DNA from: Sporopachydermia quercuum
Lineage: Eukaryota
Length of the DNA stretch: 64,000 nt
Assembly: GCA_001599295.1 (NCBI GenBank)
Contig: BCGN01000008.1
Span: forward strand, 1-64,000
Reading direction: 5' to 3'
Positions 1-9,906 of the stretch are shown here, piece after piece. A program made the translations under genes and the position numbers. The notes below the pieces were generated by a model, which did no database searches, had not been told where the DNA came from, and saw nothing but the letters and a program-made list of their open reading frames with translations. Numbering within the stretch: the first letter of the stretch is position 1; the number at the start of each line of letters is the position of its first letter.

Positions 1-1
1 G

Positions 2-2476
2 CCTAGCGATGTTCCCGTATCTAGTGGAGTCGAGTCCAGTGGAGCAGTTTCTAGTGTTGCAGCATCTAGCGCAGGAATTTCTGGTGCTATAGTCAGTGCT
101 AGTGGTGGATCAACCATCGCGGCAGTTGGCGCATCTACAATTCCACCACCTGTTGTACATAGTCGTTCGACTGGTGAATCAGAATCTGCAAGCATTTCAG
201 ACGACCTCTATGGTAGCGCCACCNTAAGNGCTGCATCTAGTGGTGGATCAACCATCGCAGCAGTCGGCGCATCTACAATTCCACCACCTGTTGTACATAG
301 TCGTTCGACTGGTGAATCAGAATCTGCAAGTATATATCCGGTTCCAGTTGATGCTTGCGATTTAATGAACCAATGCCCTGAAATTAATTTATCAGACAAC
401 CCACCGGCCATCATTAAACCAGTATCTTGGGATATTGTTGCCGATGGAAAGTTATTAGTTACTTATTCTGTTCAACTTAATGAGTACGCCCATACTATTA
501 ACGATATAAGGAACCTGGCAGTCACGTCATCTGAAAAGGTGACCCTGTTGGATCGTGATAGCTGTAAGTGGAACATCAACAAAAATGTAAAAGCATTAGG
601 AAACTTCGAGTTTAATATCGAATTGGATATGATTAGGAGATCAGGATTATTGTGTTTCCCACCTATCACGATATCATTCTATGGATACGAGGGATTCTGC
701 CCTAATGGAGAATCTACTAGAATGCCAAACTGGGGACCAAGTATATCAGAGACTTTGTTTACATCTTGTGATGGTGTTCCCAGTTCTCCATTGTATTGTA
801 TTCCAGAAGCTTGTGGTACAGTAGATGGGCGACCCATAGATACTGATGAGTCACCAAGTAGCCACCTTTCGCCATCAAGAGGACCAGGAATTGTTTCGGT
901 CCGTCCAGTTTATGCAACTGATTCTCCAGTGCTTTCAAGTTCTCAAACTATTGCGAATAAGGAAGCAACACAATCACGAACCCTAGGTGTACCAACGGAA
1001 AATAGTTTTACAGATATTGTGACAACAACTATCACCACTAGTGCGCCTATAGTGGAAAGCGATGTCACTATAGGTTTCACAACATATGTGACTACTGCAG
1101 AAGTGACCATCGTGACTTTAACTGGAACACCAATCGAGGGCTCTCCTGATTACACCAACAGCATTGAGTCTGCTATTTCTTCTTTGGAGTCGGATTCGAA
1201 CACATTGGGTATTTGGTCCACGACTAAAACCGTGACAGATATAGCATATGAAGTTACAACTTCGGATGGTGTTGTTTCCACGTTGTCTACTATCGAAAAT
1301 GTGTACGGAACTGTCGTAACTTATCCAATGGTGACAGTCACCGTGAATGAAATGGTTACTTTATCCCACGGTGTTCCAACCATCGCTGCTAATATGGAAC
1401 GAGCTAGATCCAGTGCTACCTCAATGAGTGGTGGTGTTGTTACCCGAACAGTACCCGTCACATCAACTCTTTATAATTCAGAAGGATCATCAACTGGTGC
1501 CACTGTATATGAAACTGAAGCAGGTTATTATGTCGTTACATTGGTTGAGCCTCGTACAGTATCTGAAATGGTGATAAAGACAGTAACAGTAACCGAGGAT
1601 ATTGTGGATGAGAGGGGAAGCTCCGTTGGGGAGACTATTTATACCACTGTTGAAACATATGCTTTTGTAACAGAAGATGCTACACAAACTGAATTAGTTT
1701 CCGTACCAACTGATGAACACCAAGACTATGGTGAAAGCTATCCAGAAGAGTATGTTGTAACAGTGTATACTTCTGTTCCAGTGCCTGCTTCTGATGGGGA
1801 TAAATCAACGACGGAATATTCTGGTTTTGAAACTGAACTAACATACACGTTACTTCATGGAAGTACGATCGCTGCCGCCGGAGAAAGATACAGAACTAGT
1901 TCAGACGGACTGTATGTGACAAACTTACAAACCATTGTGCCTTGGGCCGAAATCTCTTTGACGTATGAACGCCAGGAAACGTTCAAGACTGCTGGAGTAT
2001 TTGATGATAGCTACATAACCACAATAACAACTACTGTACCTTGTACCGATGACAATGGTAAGACGACGGATTATTCTACTTTTGAAGTGGTCGAAACATA
2101 TTTACCGGCTTCTCATACAATTGATGATGATTTCTATGTTACAACTATAACCACCACCGTCCCATGTGTCGACAAAAATGGTTCAACTACCGATTATTCT
2201 ACTTACATGGTGGTTGAAACTTATACAAGTAGAAATCCAAATCATCCTGAAGTTGTCACATTTACTACCGTTGTACCTCTTACCGATTCTCATGGGGCAA
2301 CAACAGGTTATGGTACTTATGAAATTGTTACTACGCTTAACGATGGTTACACAGAGTCAAATGCTACACCACACCCTTCCAGAACAATCCCAATTGTGGA
2401 ACTAGGCAAGGGTTCTAAATACTCCTTCAATCGGGGATTATCTCTTGTTGCATTATTTTTCTATATTTTGATTTGA
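2..2476 (+). CDS. GPI-anchored Ser/Thr-rich cell-wall adhesin (flocculin-like) with an internal Flo11-type domain; 5'-truncated by the window edge
   Basis: The frame of ORF 365..2476 is open back to position 2 (PSDVPVSSGVESSG...). The segment CPEINL...VSWDIVADGKLLVTYSV...IRNLAVT...LCFPPITISF...NWGPSISETLFTSCD parallels Flo11A motifs (CPNLDF/VSWVQDNTYQITIHV/LWSLKII/VWMPNFQIQF/QWGTTSFDLSTGC). A Thr/Val-rich stalk follows, ending in a hydrophobic GPI-like tail (KGSKYSFNRGLSLVALFFYILI). Confidence 0.8.
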   Translation, partial: PSDVPVSSGVESSGAVSSVAASSAGISGAIVSASGGSTIAAVGASTIPPPVVHSRSTGESESASISDDLYGSATXXAASSGGSTIAAVGASTIPPPVVHSRSTGESESASIYPVPVDACDLMNQCPEINLSDNPPAIIKPVSWDIVADGKLLVTYSVQLNEYAHTINDIRNLAVTSSEKVTLLDRDSCKWNINKNVKALGNFEFNIELDMIRRSGLLCFPPITISFYGYEGFCPNGESTRMPNWGPSISETLFTSCDGVPSSPLYCIPEACGTVDGRPIDTDESPSSHLSPSRGPGIVSVRPVYATDSPVLSSSQTIANKEATQSRTLGVPTENSFTDIVTTTITTSAPIVESDVTIGFTTYVTTAEVTIVTLTGTPIEGSPDYTNSIESAISSLESDSNTLGIWSTTKTVTDIAYEVTTSDGVVSTLSTIENVYGTVVTYPMVTVTVNEMVTLSHGVPTIAANMERARSSATSMSGGVVTRTVPVTSTLYNSEGSSTGATVYETEAGYYVVTLVEPRTVSEMVIKTVTVTEDIVDERGSSVGETIYTTVETYAFVTEDATQTELVSVPTDEHQDYGESYPEEYVVTVYTSVPVPASDGDKSTTEYSGFETELTYTLLHGSTIAAAGERYRTSSDGLYVTNLQTIVPWAEISLTYERQETFKTAGVFDDSYITTITTTVPCTDDNGKTTDYSTFEVVETYLPASHTIDDDFYVTTITTTVPCVDKNGSTTDYSTYMVVETYTSRNPNHPEVVTFTTVVPLTDSHGATTGYGTYEIVTTLNDGYTESNATPHPSRTIPIVELGKGSKYSFNRGLSLVALFFYILI
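99..330 (+). repeat. Two near-identical 94-bp coding direct repeats (99-192, 237-330; period 138 bp = 46 aa)
   Basis: CTAGTGGTGGATCAACCATCGC...GAATCTGCAAG occurs twice with only synonymous changes; it encodes SGGSTIAAVGASTIPPPVVHSRSTGESESAS. Confidence 0.95.
2003..2225 (+). repeat. Degenerate Thr-rich coding tandem repeats in the adhesin stalk (~41 aa period)
   Basis: YITTITTTVPCTDDNGKTTDYSTFEVVETY vs YVTTITTTVPCVDKNGSTTDYSTYMVVETY; weaker copies flank them (VVTFTTVVPLTDSHGATTGYGTYEIVTT; YVVTVYTSVPVPASDGDKSTTEYSGFE). Confidence 0.85.
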
Positions 2477-3504
2477 AGCAATTGGATATCTATCATATGA
2501 TTATATTTCAAAAGCATTTCACCATTTTTTTTTCTTTCTCTATTAATGTTTTATTTTTTTGTTGTTAGCTTTGTCTAATGAGACAGGCAAAATAGATCGA
2601 TAGATCACAATAATTATAATAAAGTTTTGTTTTATTTTACTTTTGCTAAAATGCGAGCCTCTATCACATGATATAAGAAACCTAAGTAACAATTCAGTAT
2701 GGGTGATATTCTCAGCTTTTCTTGAATAGAATTCGAGAACTAGACGTCATTGCTTGATACATATTTGTACAAGATAGGTGCTTGAAAATATATGTTTTTA
2801 CTGACATCTGTAATGAAACGATTCAAGGTAAGTGACTATGGGCATGTAAATAATACGGGATTCTCCTAGTCACCATAGATATTGTTCACACATTCTTGAG
2901 CATTAGAATTGTAAACAACAGATNAAGTTCGAAAGAGGAGATCTTACATGCTGCTTATCGACATCTGAAAAGAAGAAGCTTCTCTGCCACATATAAAACC
3001 TTATAATGCCAATACACTTCACACAACTGTAGTGAAATTAAAAAAGTTTAAGTTAGTAAAGGTGGCTTAGGTCGATGATATGATTCATCATAATGTATTC
3101 ATATTTTGTAGATGCAAACGTAATGTCCCATTTTGGATTTTTAAAGTGCTGACATACTTGAGACGATTATCGTTAAGTTAGATTTCCAATCAAGGCGGAT
3201 CTGGTTTTGGAGTTTAAAGTGGTAAACGTTAACCTTATATACTCTCGCGGCTCATAATGGGATAATATCGTCAAACCTTGTTGATAAATTCTGAAGACTA
3301 GTAATCTCCTATCACATATAAAGGTCAGATCTTTCTGGAAAATGACACATACAACATTCATGTAATGTGTATTACCAGTATCCGTCTTGAAACGTGACAT
3401 CATATCTAGTAGACCCTTCGTTTTACGCAATCCTTTTATCAAAATCAATATTCAACATTTAGTAATATGAATTTGAACAACTAACAACTAAATGCCGTAT
3501 ATCA

Positions 3505-4899
3505 ATGATGAATGATAAATTGCTCTGGGAGGGGAAAATGCTCTGGAATGGTACGAAAGATACAATGCTTTTCTATAATCTAGAAATCGTTCAACAACCA
3601 AGTCATGCCCGTGCAATTGGAAACACCATCAAATGTAAGTTTTACGCTGTTTGTGCTTCGTAGTTTTCTTCGAAACTGTAGAAATACCACCAAGATTCAA
3701 AAGTCAGAAACTAACTCAATCTTATAGTTTCTGGTAGACGAGTTATTGACCCCCAACCAGTAATAAAATTGCAAATATTTTTAAAGAAGCGTCAAGAATT
3801 GGAGAATATGTAAGTTTTTTTCTTCTACTAACCCTAAGGATCTACCACTGAAAATACAAAGATCTTTGAACTGTGGTACAGCATTTTCTTCCCTCATAAA
3901 TTTCGTTCGTGATTAGTCTAACAAGAAATTGAGTGAAGAACAGACAAGTACCCTGGTATTTTTGCTTTAACCGTGTCATTGATGAAGAAAACAAGTTACT
4001 TAGCTCATAATGTTAAACAGAAGACAACTGTGGCAAAACGCCAAATAACAGAGAACTGGGACAGGAGTAGAAATTTAGTAGGAGAGCAAACAGCAACAGG
4101 TATGATTGTTAATAAGGGAATTCACTCTACGAATCCAATGATTGCTTTTCTATTGGGAGATCTTTGTGTAAGACAGGAAGCAATATATCATCTCAAGTTT
4201 GATTTGTTAGAGTTTCAGTTGGAAGGAGCGTGCTCCAATGTTTATTACCGAGGCACAATTTATTCCGAAGAGTTCACAACTTATCCGGTAACTGATTTTC
4301 CCGGTTTTGTGCCCACCACGCCTTTAGTTCGAGAGTTAGCTGGATATGGCTTCAAAGTCAGAATAAGAAATTTCGCAACGGTTAAAAAGGATTATATGGA
4401 GCAAACCAGGAAGCATAATACGGATTGCCCACCCAATTTAATCACTTCCTCAAATACAGGTAAAGTAGTTAAACAACGTTTGTCAAACTATAGTCTCAAT
4501 AAGCTCGGGTCGAGCACCTCTCGTTATCTGACATACAGTTCAAATGAAAACAGAGCAAACAACATTACGCGAGTATCAATTCTATCTACAGGTGAGAACA
4601 ATACATTTACAAACAACCAAACAACAATTGCAGAATACCAGATGAAAATTGAACATGATACACTCATAACACCAACCTCTGAAGTTGAGACAGAAACTGC
4701 TTCTCTGCCTTGTACCATAGATATGTATCAAAATGATTATCATTCCCATGATAGATATATTTATTTTCAATCAGATCACTACATAAATCCTGGTTACGAT
4801 CTAAACAAGTTAGATTCGAGTTATCAATTAGAGCTATATGATCGTTCCTTAACACCATTGATTGATGATAAAGAAATATTTTGGGATATGCAGAGTTAA
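3505..4899 (+). CDS. Velvet-domain transcription factor (VeA/VelB/VelC/VosA family); exons 3505-3634, 3728-3809, 3939-4899
   Basis: The spliced product contains the velvet motifs in order: YNLEIVQQPSHARAIG, RRVIDPQPVIKL, YPGIFALTVSL, NLVGEQTA, FLLGDLCVRQEAIYHLKFDLLE, SEEFTTYPVTDFPGFVPTTPLVRELAGYGFKVRIR. Intron 1 is 3635-3727 (GTAAGT..ACTAAC..TAG). Intron 2 is 3810-3938 (GTAAGT..CTAAC..AAG; acceptor less certain). The start could be 3505, 3538 or 3565. Confidence 0.85.
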
Positions 4900-5314
4900 C
4901 ACTTTGATTACGTCAAAAGAAAAAGAAAAGAGAGAAAGCAACGAAGAGAAAAACAAAAACAAATAGATTAAAGAGAAAAAAATAAATTAAAAAAAAAAAA
5001 AAGAACTTCTCCGATGGTTTTGTGGGCTATTAGTTTTGATGGCTTGGTCAATGGGCTCTTTGTTTTGTTTACTTGTATTCTAAAACAAGAACATCATTTT
5101 CTAAGCTGTTTTCTCTTTTTGTGAGGATATATAGTAGCGTGTTGCATTTATTAGTAGACTTAGACTTCTTAATAGTGCTTTATGGCAGCTAATAATGTTG
5201 ATATGCCTCCTAAAGTTTCATAATATTTCAGATGTATGGCTTGTGTGATTGAAATATTATGAACTTTAATATATTGTCACATATCCTTTCCACTATTTGG
5301 TTATCACTGATTAA

Positions 5315-5342
5315 TTCCCAAAATGTCATGACATTTTGGGAA
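5315..5342. repeat. Perfect 28-bp palindrome TTCCCAAAATGTCA|TGACATTTTGGGAA upstream of MCH1
   Basis: Read directly from the sequence; the two arms are exact reverse complements with no spacer. Confidence 0.9.
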
Positions 5343-5595
5343 ATGTCCTCAAAATTTGTTAACATCAATATGTAATAGTTTGATAGAGGACAACGGAGAT
5401 TTCATTACACCATCGAGCGGATATCTAGGTATTGTATGTAGTCTTCTAAGCGAGACGCGAATTATAGAAAGGTTTTTATATTTAGAGAATATCTCTAAAT
5501 ATGAAATATATTGGTATGAAGAATAGTACTGTATGTAGTTTTTTTTACTGATAGGTTGCACTTCTGAGAGCATTGCGTGAAATAGTTCTTTCAAA

Positions 5596-7305
5596 ATGAG
5601 GATCACCTCAGACAAGTGGCTATATATTATTGTTTCTTATACCTTATCTCATTATCATGAGTCGTCCATAAAAATCATAGCGTTTATATGCTCAATGTTT
5701 TGTTGTTTATGTGCCGGTTCAATAACATTATTCTCCATATATGTTCCTTCTTTCATGGAAGACTTGATGTACACCCAGTTGCAGATCAACATTATATCAA
5801 TGAGTGCAGAATTAGGAATGTATTTACCGGTTCCTTTTCTTGGATATTTAGCTGATATAAAATCTCCATCTATTTTAGCCTTATTATCAGGATTATTTTT
5901 GGTTCCCGGTTACCTGCTTGGTGCTTATACATACTTTTTGAGTAGCAATTGGCAGTTTTCATCTTCAGTGTTAAAGCATTCAGCCAACATAATGGCGGTA
6001 TCAATGGGATTTGTTGGAACCGGGACTTCATGTTTATATTTCTGTTCAATGTTAACTTGTGCTAAAACTTTTCCCAGTTATAAATCTTTATCTATATCTG
6101 CACCAGTAGCTGCATTTGGTCTTTCTTCGTTATTGGAAGCTCAATTGTTGACCAGGTTTTTCAGAACTTCTGTATCAAATACGGATCTATCTACAGGGTC
6201 TGTTGATGTGAAACATGCTTTTATGTTTTTTGCTATTCTTTATTTTATAACTGCAATCTTTGGATACATTAGCACCAAGATTATTATCTTCGAAAAGAAG
6301 TTTTGGCATGAACAAAATAAAAGACTTCTAGACCTGTCAAGTAACCAAACTGTTGAGCCATTATCGCCCGATGAGACTGTCCATTTGATCAACGATGAAC
6401 CAATCAATGATTATGTTGAACCTGGAAATGGGTTTTTAACACCTGTTGAAAGAACATCTAGTGAGCTTAGGGCACTTGAAATTTCTCATAGTCACAAGTT
6501 GATAAAGAGATTTTTTAGAGATCCAACAATGTGGCTCTTTCTTTTATGCTTCTTAACAATACTTAGTCCCCTAGAGATGTTTCTGAATAATATTGGATCT
6601 ATCGTCATGATATTCGATGATTCACCTTTTAACTCTTCCCAATTGGCATCCACGCATGTCTCTATACACGCATCAAGCTCAACTATCACAAGGTTAGCTA
6701 TCGCTGGGACTGCAGATTATCTTTCTAAACCTGGGAAGTCAATTTTTTCTTTGAGACCCATATCAAGGATTATTTTACTCTTAGTATTCGTTTCCTTAGT
6801 AATGACGGTATACTTTTTGTTGGCATCTGGTGTACTTACTCCAATAGCACCTAGTACATCCTCTATGATTTCTTCAAAATATCTTTTCATTGTTTCAGCA
6901 ACATCGGGAGCAGCATATGGTGCAGTTTTTACCTTGTTTCCTTCAATAGTGGCATTTGTTTGGGGAATTGAGATCTTGGGGACGTCATGGGGTGCTTTCA
7001 CCATTGCTCCTGCCATAGGCAGCGTGATATATGGCTTACTTTATGCTAAATCATTTGACGCTGTATGTAAGCTTCCAGATGGTTATGATTATGGCTTGAA
7101 TTGCATAAGTCCAACGTTTTATTTTTCTGCAATTGGCATGCTGATAGCTATTGGTATTATTTTACTCATATGGCAACTCAATTGGGTTAAAAGGAAAGCA
7201 TTGTTACGTCACAGTGATCTGATCTACGTTGACACGGATACTGTTGATCAAAATGAGGATGATGATATTATTGTAGATTTGGAAAGAACAATTTCTTTCT
7301 TTTGA
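5596..7305 (+). CDS. MCH1: MFS transporter, Mch1/nodulin-like monocarboxylate transporter homologue
   Basis: About 12 hydrophobic segments; motifs AGSITLFSIY, ELGMYLPVPFLGYLAD, SAPVAAFGLSSL, PLEMFLNNIGS, FTLFPSIVAFVWG..GTSWG. Confidence 0.8.
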   Translation: MRITSDKWLYIIVSYTLSHYHESSIKIIAFICSMFCCLCAGSITLFSIYVPSFMEDLMYTQLQINIISMSAELGMYLPVPFLGYLADIKSPSILALLSGLFLVPGYLLGAYTYFLSSNWQFSSSVLKHSANIMAVSMGFVGTGTSCLYFCSMLTCAKTFPSYKSLSISAPVAAFGLSSLLEAQLLTRFFRTSVSNTDLSTGSVDVKHAFMFFAILYFITAIFGYISTKIIIFEKKFWHEQNKRLLDLSSNQTVEPLSPDETVHLINDEPINDYVEPGNGFLTPVERTSSELRALEISHSHKLIKRFFRDPTMWLFLLCFLTILSPLEMFLNNIGSIVMIFDDSPFNSSQLASTHVSIHASSSTITRLAIAGTADYLSKPGKSIFSLRPISRIILLLVFVSLVMTVYFLLASGVLTPIAPSTSSMISSKYLFIVSATSGAAYGAVFTLFPSIVAFVWGIEILGTSWGAFTIAPAIGSVIYGLLYAKSFDAVCKLPDGYDYGLNCISPTFYFSAIGMLIAIGIILLIWQLNWVKRKALLRHSDLIYVDTDTVDQNEDDDIIVDLERTISFF

Positions 7306-7786
7306 TCAAAACAAAAAACGAGAGAATCAAAGAAAAATAGAATAAAAACAAAGTTAGAGAAAAAATTGATAATTTTAATCATAATAATAAAAATGATAAT
7401 AAGAAAGGATTTAATCCCAGAATATACAGTTGGAGCTAAAAGAATCACCAGAAGCTGAGAATGATTTATAGAGTTAGAAACAAAAAGAATGAATTTACTC
7501 AATAGATAATATCTTACAAGAGTTGTAGATTCAGAACTTCGGAACTGTTGAATAAACCGATCTATTAGATTTACTCGTTTCTTATTTCTTACAGACAGTT
7601 CACCAATACCCATAATATCAAAAAACAAGTATGCCTCATAACTTCATTTTATCATTTAGATAGATTGTTGCTCCAGAGAGTTATACTGGGATAAAACCAC
7701 TAGAATATGAATCTATAGGAGTAAATTATGAAGCATGGGATATTCTAACTCTAGCTACTATTTTTGAACTATATACATTGTTATAT

Positions 7787-9415
7787 TCATAATTCTTCTT
7801 TATCCATATCATCTTTACTATGTCTTCCTCTTTTTCCCCTATTATTCCCTTTCCCATGAGCTTCTTTCATTTGATAAATGGCCTGTCGTTGAGCTTCCCC
7901 CACTCTTTCACTCAGGAGCATTACTTCATCTTTATCTATTTCGTATTCAGGTAGCTTTTTATTCATAACACTCTCAATACGTAAATACAACTCTAAATCA
8001 TATTGTGTGACCAAGGAAATGGATTTACCAGCTCTCCCTGCACGAGCCGTACGGCCAACTCTATGAATATAAGCCTTTGAATCAGTAGGAATGTCATAGT
8101 TAATCACTACATCTACTAAAGGAATATCCAAACCACGGGCAGCCACATCTGTGGCAATTAAAATCTGACGTGTGCCGGATTTAAATTTGTTCAAAGCACC
8201 TAAACGGGCTGATTGAGACAGTTGACCATTCAGTGGAATTGCTGGAAATCCCAAGGATCTAGCTATTATCGATAACCTTTGTGAGTCGTTCACAGTTCTT
8301 GTGAACACGATTATCGAATTTCCCATCAACTCATTCAGGAGATAAATCAAATAAGTGTCCTTGTGCTTGAAAGGGAAGAATATGTACGATTGTAATAAAG
8401 TATCAACAGTAGAAAACTTGTCAGAAACTGCTATACATATAGGATTTGATAGCGAAGCTCGTTGAAGCTTTTCAACTTTCGAGGTCATAGTAGCTGAAAA
8501 CAAGTAAGTAGTTCTCTCTTTTGGTATTGCTCGTAAAATCTTGTCAAGTGATGGACCAAAATCCATATCCAATAACCTATCGGCTTCATCCATAACTAAA
8601 AATTTCAAAGTACGTAATGAAAACCCCTTAGTATGTTCCAAATGATCCATCAATCGACCAGGAGTAGCAACAATAATATGTGGTTTCTTGGAGAGAGAAA
8701 GTGCTTGTTGCATCATATCCATTCCACCAACTATTACAGTACATATTAAGCCAATGAGACTGCCTAACGATTCAAATTGTTCAGCTATTTGGTAAGCCAA
8801 CTCTCTTGTAGGAGCTAAAACGCATCCAAATAAAGGTGAAGGACTATTCCATAGTGCTTGGATAATAGGTAATGCAAATGCTGCTGTTTTACCAGACCCT
8901 GTTTGAGCAATGCCTATGATATCTTTTCCTTGTAAAGCATGAGGAATAGATTGGCACTGAATGGCTGTTGGCTTTTTGTAATTCAATTGTTCACACGCCT
9001 TGCACAAAGCAGGAATAAGCCCCAGCTCTGCAAATGTTTCGGCTTCATGTACAGGTTCTGCAGATTTGTCCTCACCATCACTGTTTATAGACTTCGCCTT
9101 ATTTTCACCGTATGTATCTCCGTTATTTTTTTCTTCATCGGTTTTAGTCTCTGAAATGTTAGTGTTATCATCATCGGACGCTTCGTTCTGTTCTTCAACT
9201 CCGTATTCTGTTTTTTCTTGTTTTAGTAGTACCTCTTCTTCTTCACGTTGTCCATCATCTTCCTGTTTCGCCTTCTTAGCTTTTTCTTTCAGTCTATCTA
9301 TCTGCTCACTAAGCAGATTCTTCTCTATGTTACTGCCCTTAATTCCTTTCTTCAATTTGTTCTTTACCTTCTTCACTTTAGAGGTTGAACCTTTAATCTT
9401 TAGTTGAATTGCCAT
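7787..9415 (-). CDS. RRP3: ATP-dependent rRNA DEAD-box helicase Rrp3 (DDX47)
   Basis: Q motif, [21 protein letters not shown] and HRVGRTAR; Rrp3-typical [10 protein letters not shown] and [14 protein letters not shown]; head-to-head with SSF1. Confidence 0.93.
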   Translation of the reverse strand: MAIQLKIKGSTSKVKKVKNKLKKGIKGSNIEKNLLSEQIDRLKEKAKKAKQEDDGQREEEEVLLKQEKTEYGVEEQNEASDDDNTNISETKTDEEKNNGDTYGENKAKSINSDGEDKSAEPVHEAETFAELGLIPALCKACEQLNYKKPTAIQCQSIPHALQGKDIIGIAQTGSGKTAAFALPIIQALWNSPSPLFGCVLAPTRELAYQIAEQFESLGSLIGLICTVIVGGMDMMQQALSLSKKPHIIVATPGRLMDHLEHTKGFSLRTLKFLVMDEADRLLDMDFGPSLDKILRAIPKERTTYLFSATMTSKVEKLQRASLSNPICIAVSDKFSTVDTLLQSYIFFPFKHKDTYLIYLLNELMGNSIIVFTRTVNDSQRLSIIARSLGFPAIPLNGQLSQSARLGALNKFKSGTRQILIATDVAARGLDIPLVDVVINYDIPTDSKAYIHRVGRTARAGRAGKSISLVTQYDLELYLRIESVMNKKLPEYEIDKDEVMLLSERVGEAQRQAIYQMKEAHGKGNNRGKRGRHSKDDMDKEEL

Positions 9416-9483
9416 CTTGGAAATACTGAGTGAAAAATAACAGTAAAAAAGAATGCAAAAGAAACTTTCACGAACTTCTTTTT

Positions 9484-9590
9484 GAGATGAATATATTAAG
9501 ATGAGTTCGTTCAGTTGCTGATCTTTGATCCCTTATGACTTGATCTGATAAGTTTTCTTATCATCTCAAATAATAGAAAATGTTTTTCAC
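9484..9590. promoter_or_regulatory. PAC-like (GAGATGA/GATGAG/TCATCTC) and RRPE-like (GAAAATGTTTTTCA) elements in the RRP3-SSF1 divergent promoter
   Basis: GAGATGA 9484, AAGATGAG 9498, TCATCTC 9561 and GAAAATGTTTTTCA ~9576, between two ribosome-biogenesis genes. Confidence 0.6.
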
Positions 9591-9906
9591 GAATTTCTTT
9601 GCAAAAAGTTTAATACTATGGTGTTTGCCTTTTAGGTAATTAGACCCTGGACTTGGACTCTACTTGAATAGGCTAGTTTATTTATGATTATTTCATCCTT
9701 TATTATACTTTCCTGCTTCCTATTAATATAAAATTTTTTTAATGGTTGGGATAAGACATACAAATTCTCTATCATGTTGCAAGAAGACTATCTTAGAATC
9801 CGATGACAAGTCAATAGTTAAGAAAATATTTGTTTCAGTGAGATAATTACAAATCAGTCATTTGATTTTATTGAACTGGTGAACTAATAAGAACCGTTTA
9901 GTGATA

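Noticed and set aside
99..330. Repeat-spacer-repeat pattern resembling CRISPR
   Set aside because: Eukaryotic in-frame coding repeat with two 94-bp copies and no cas genes.
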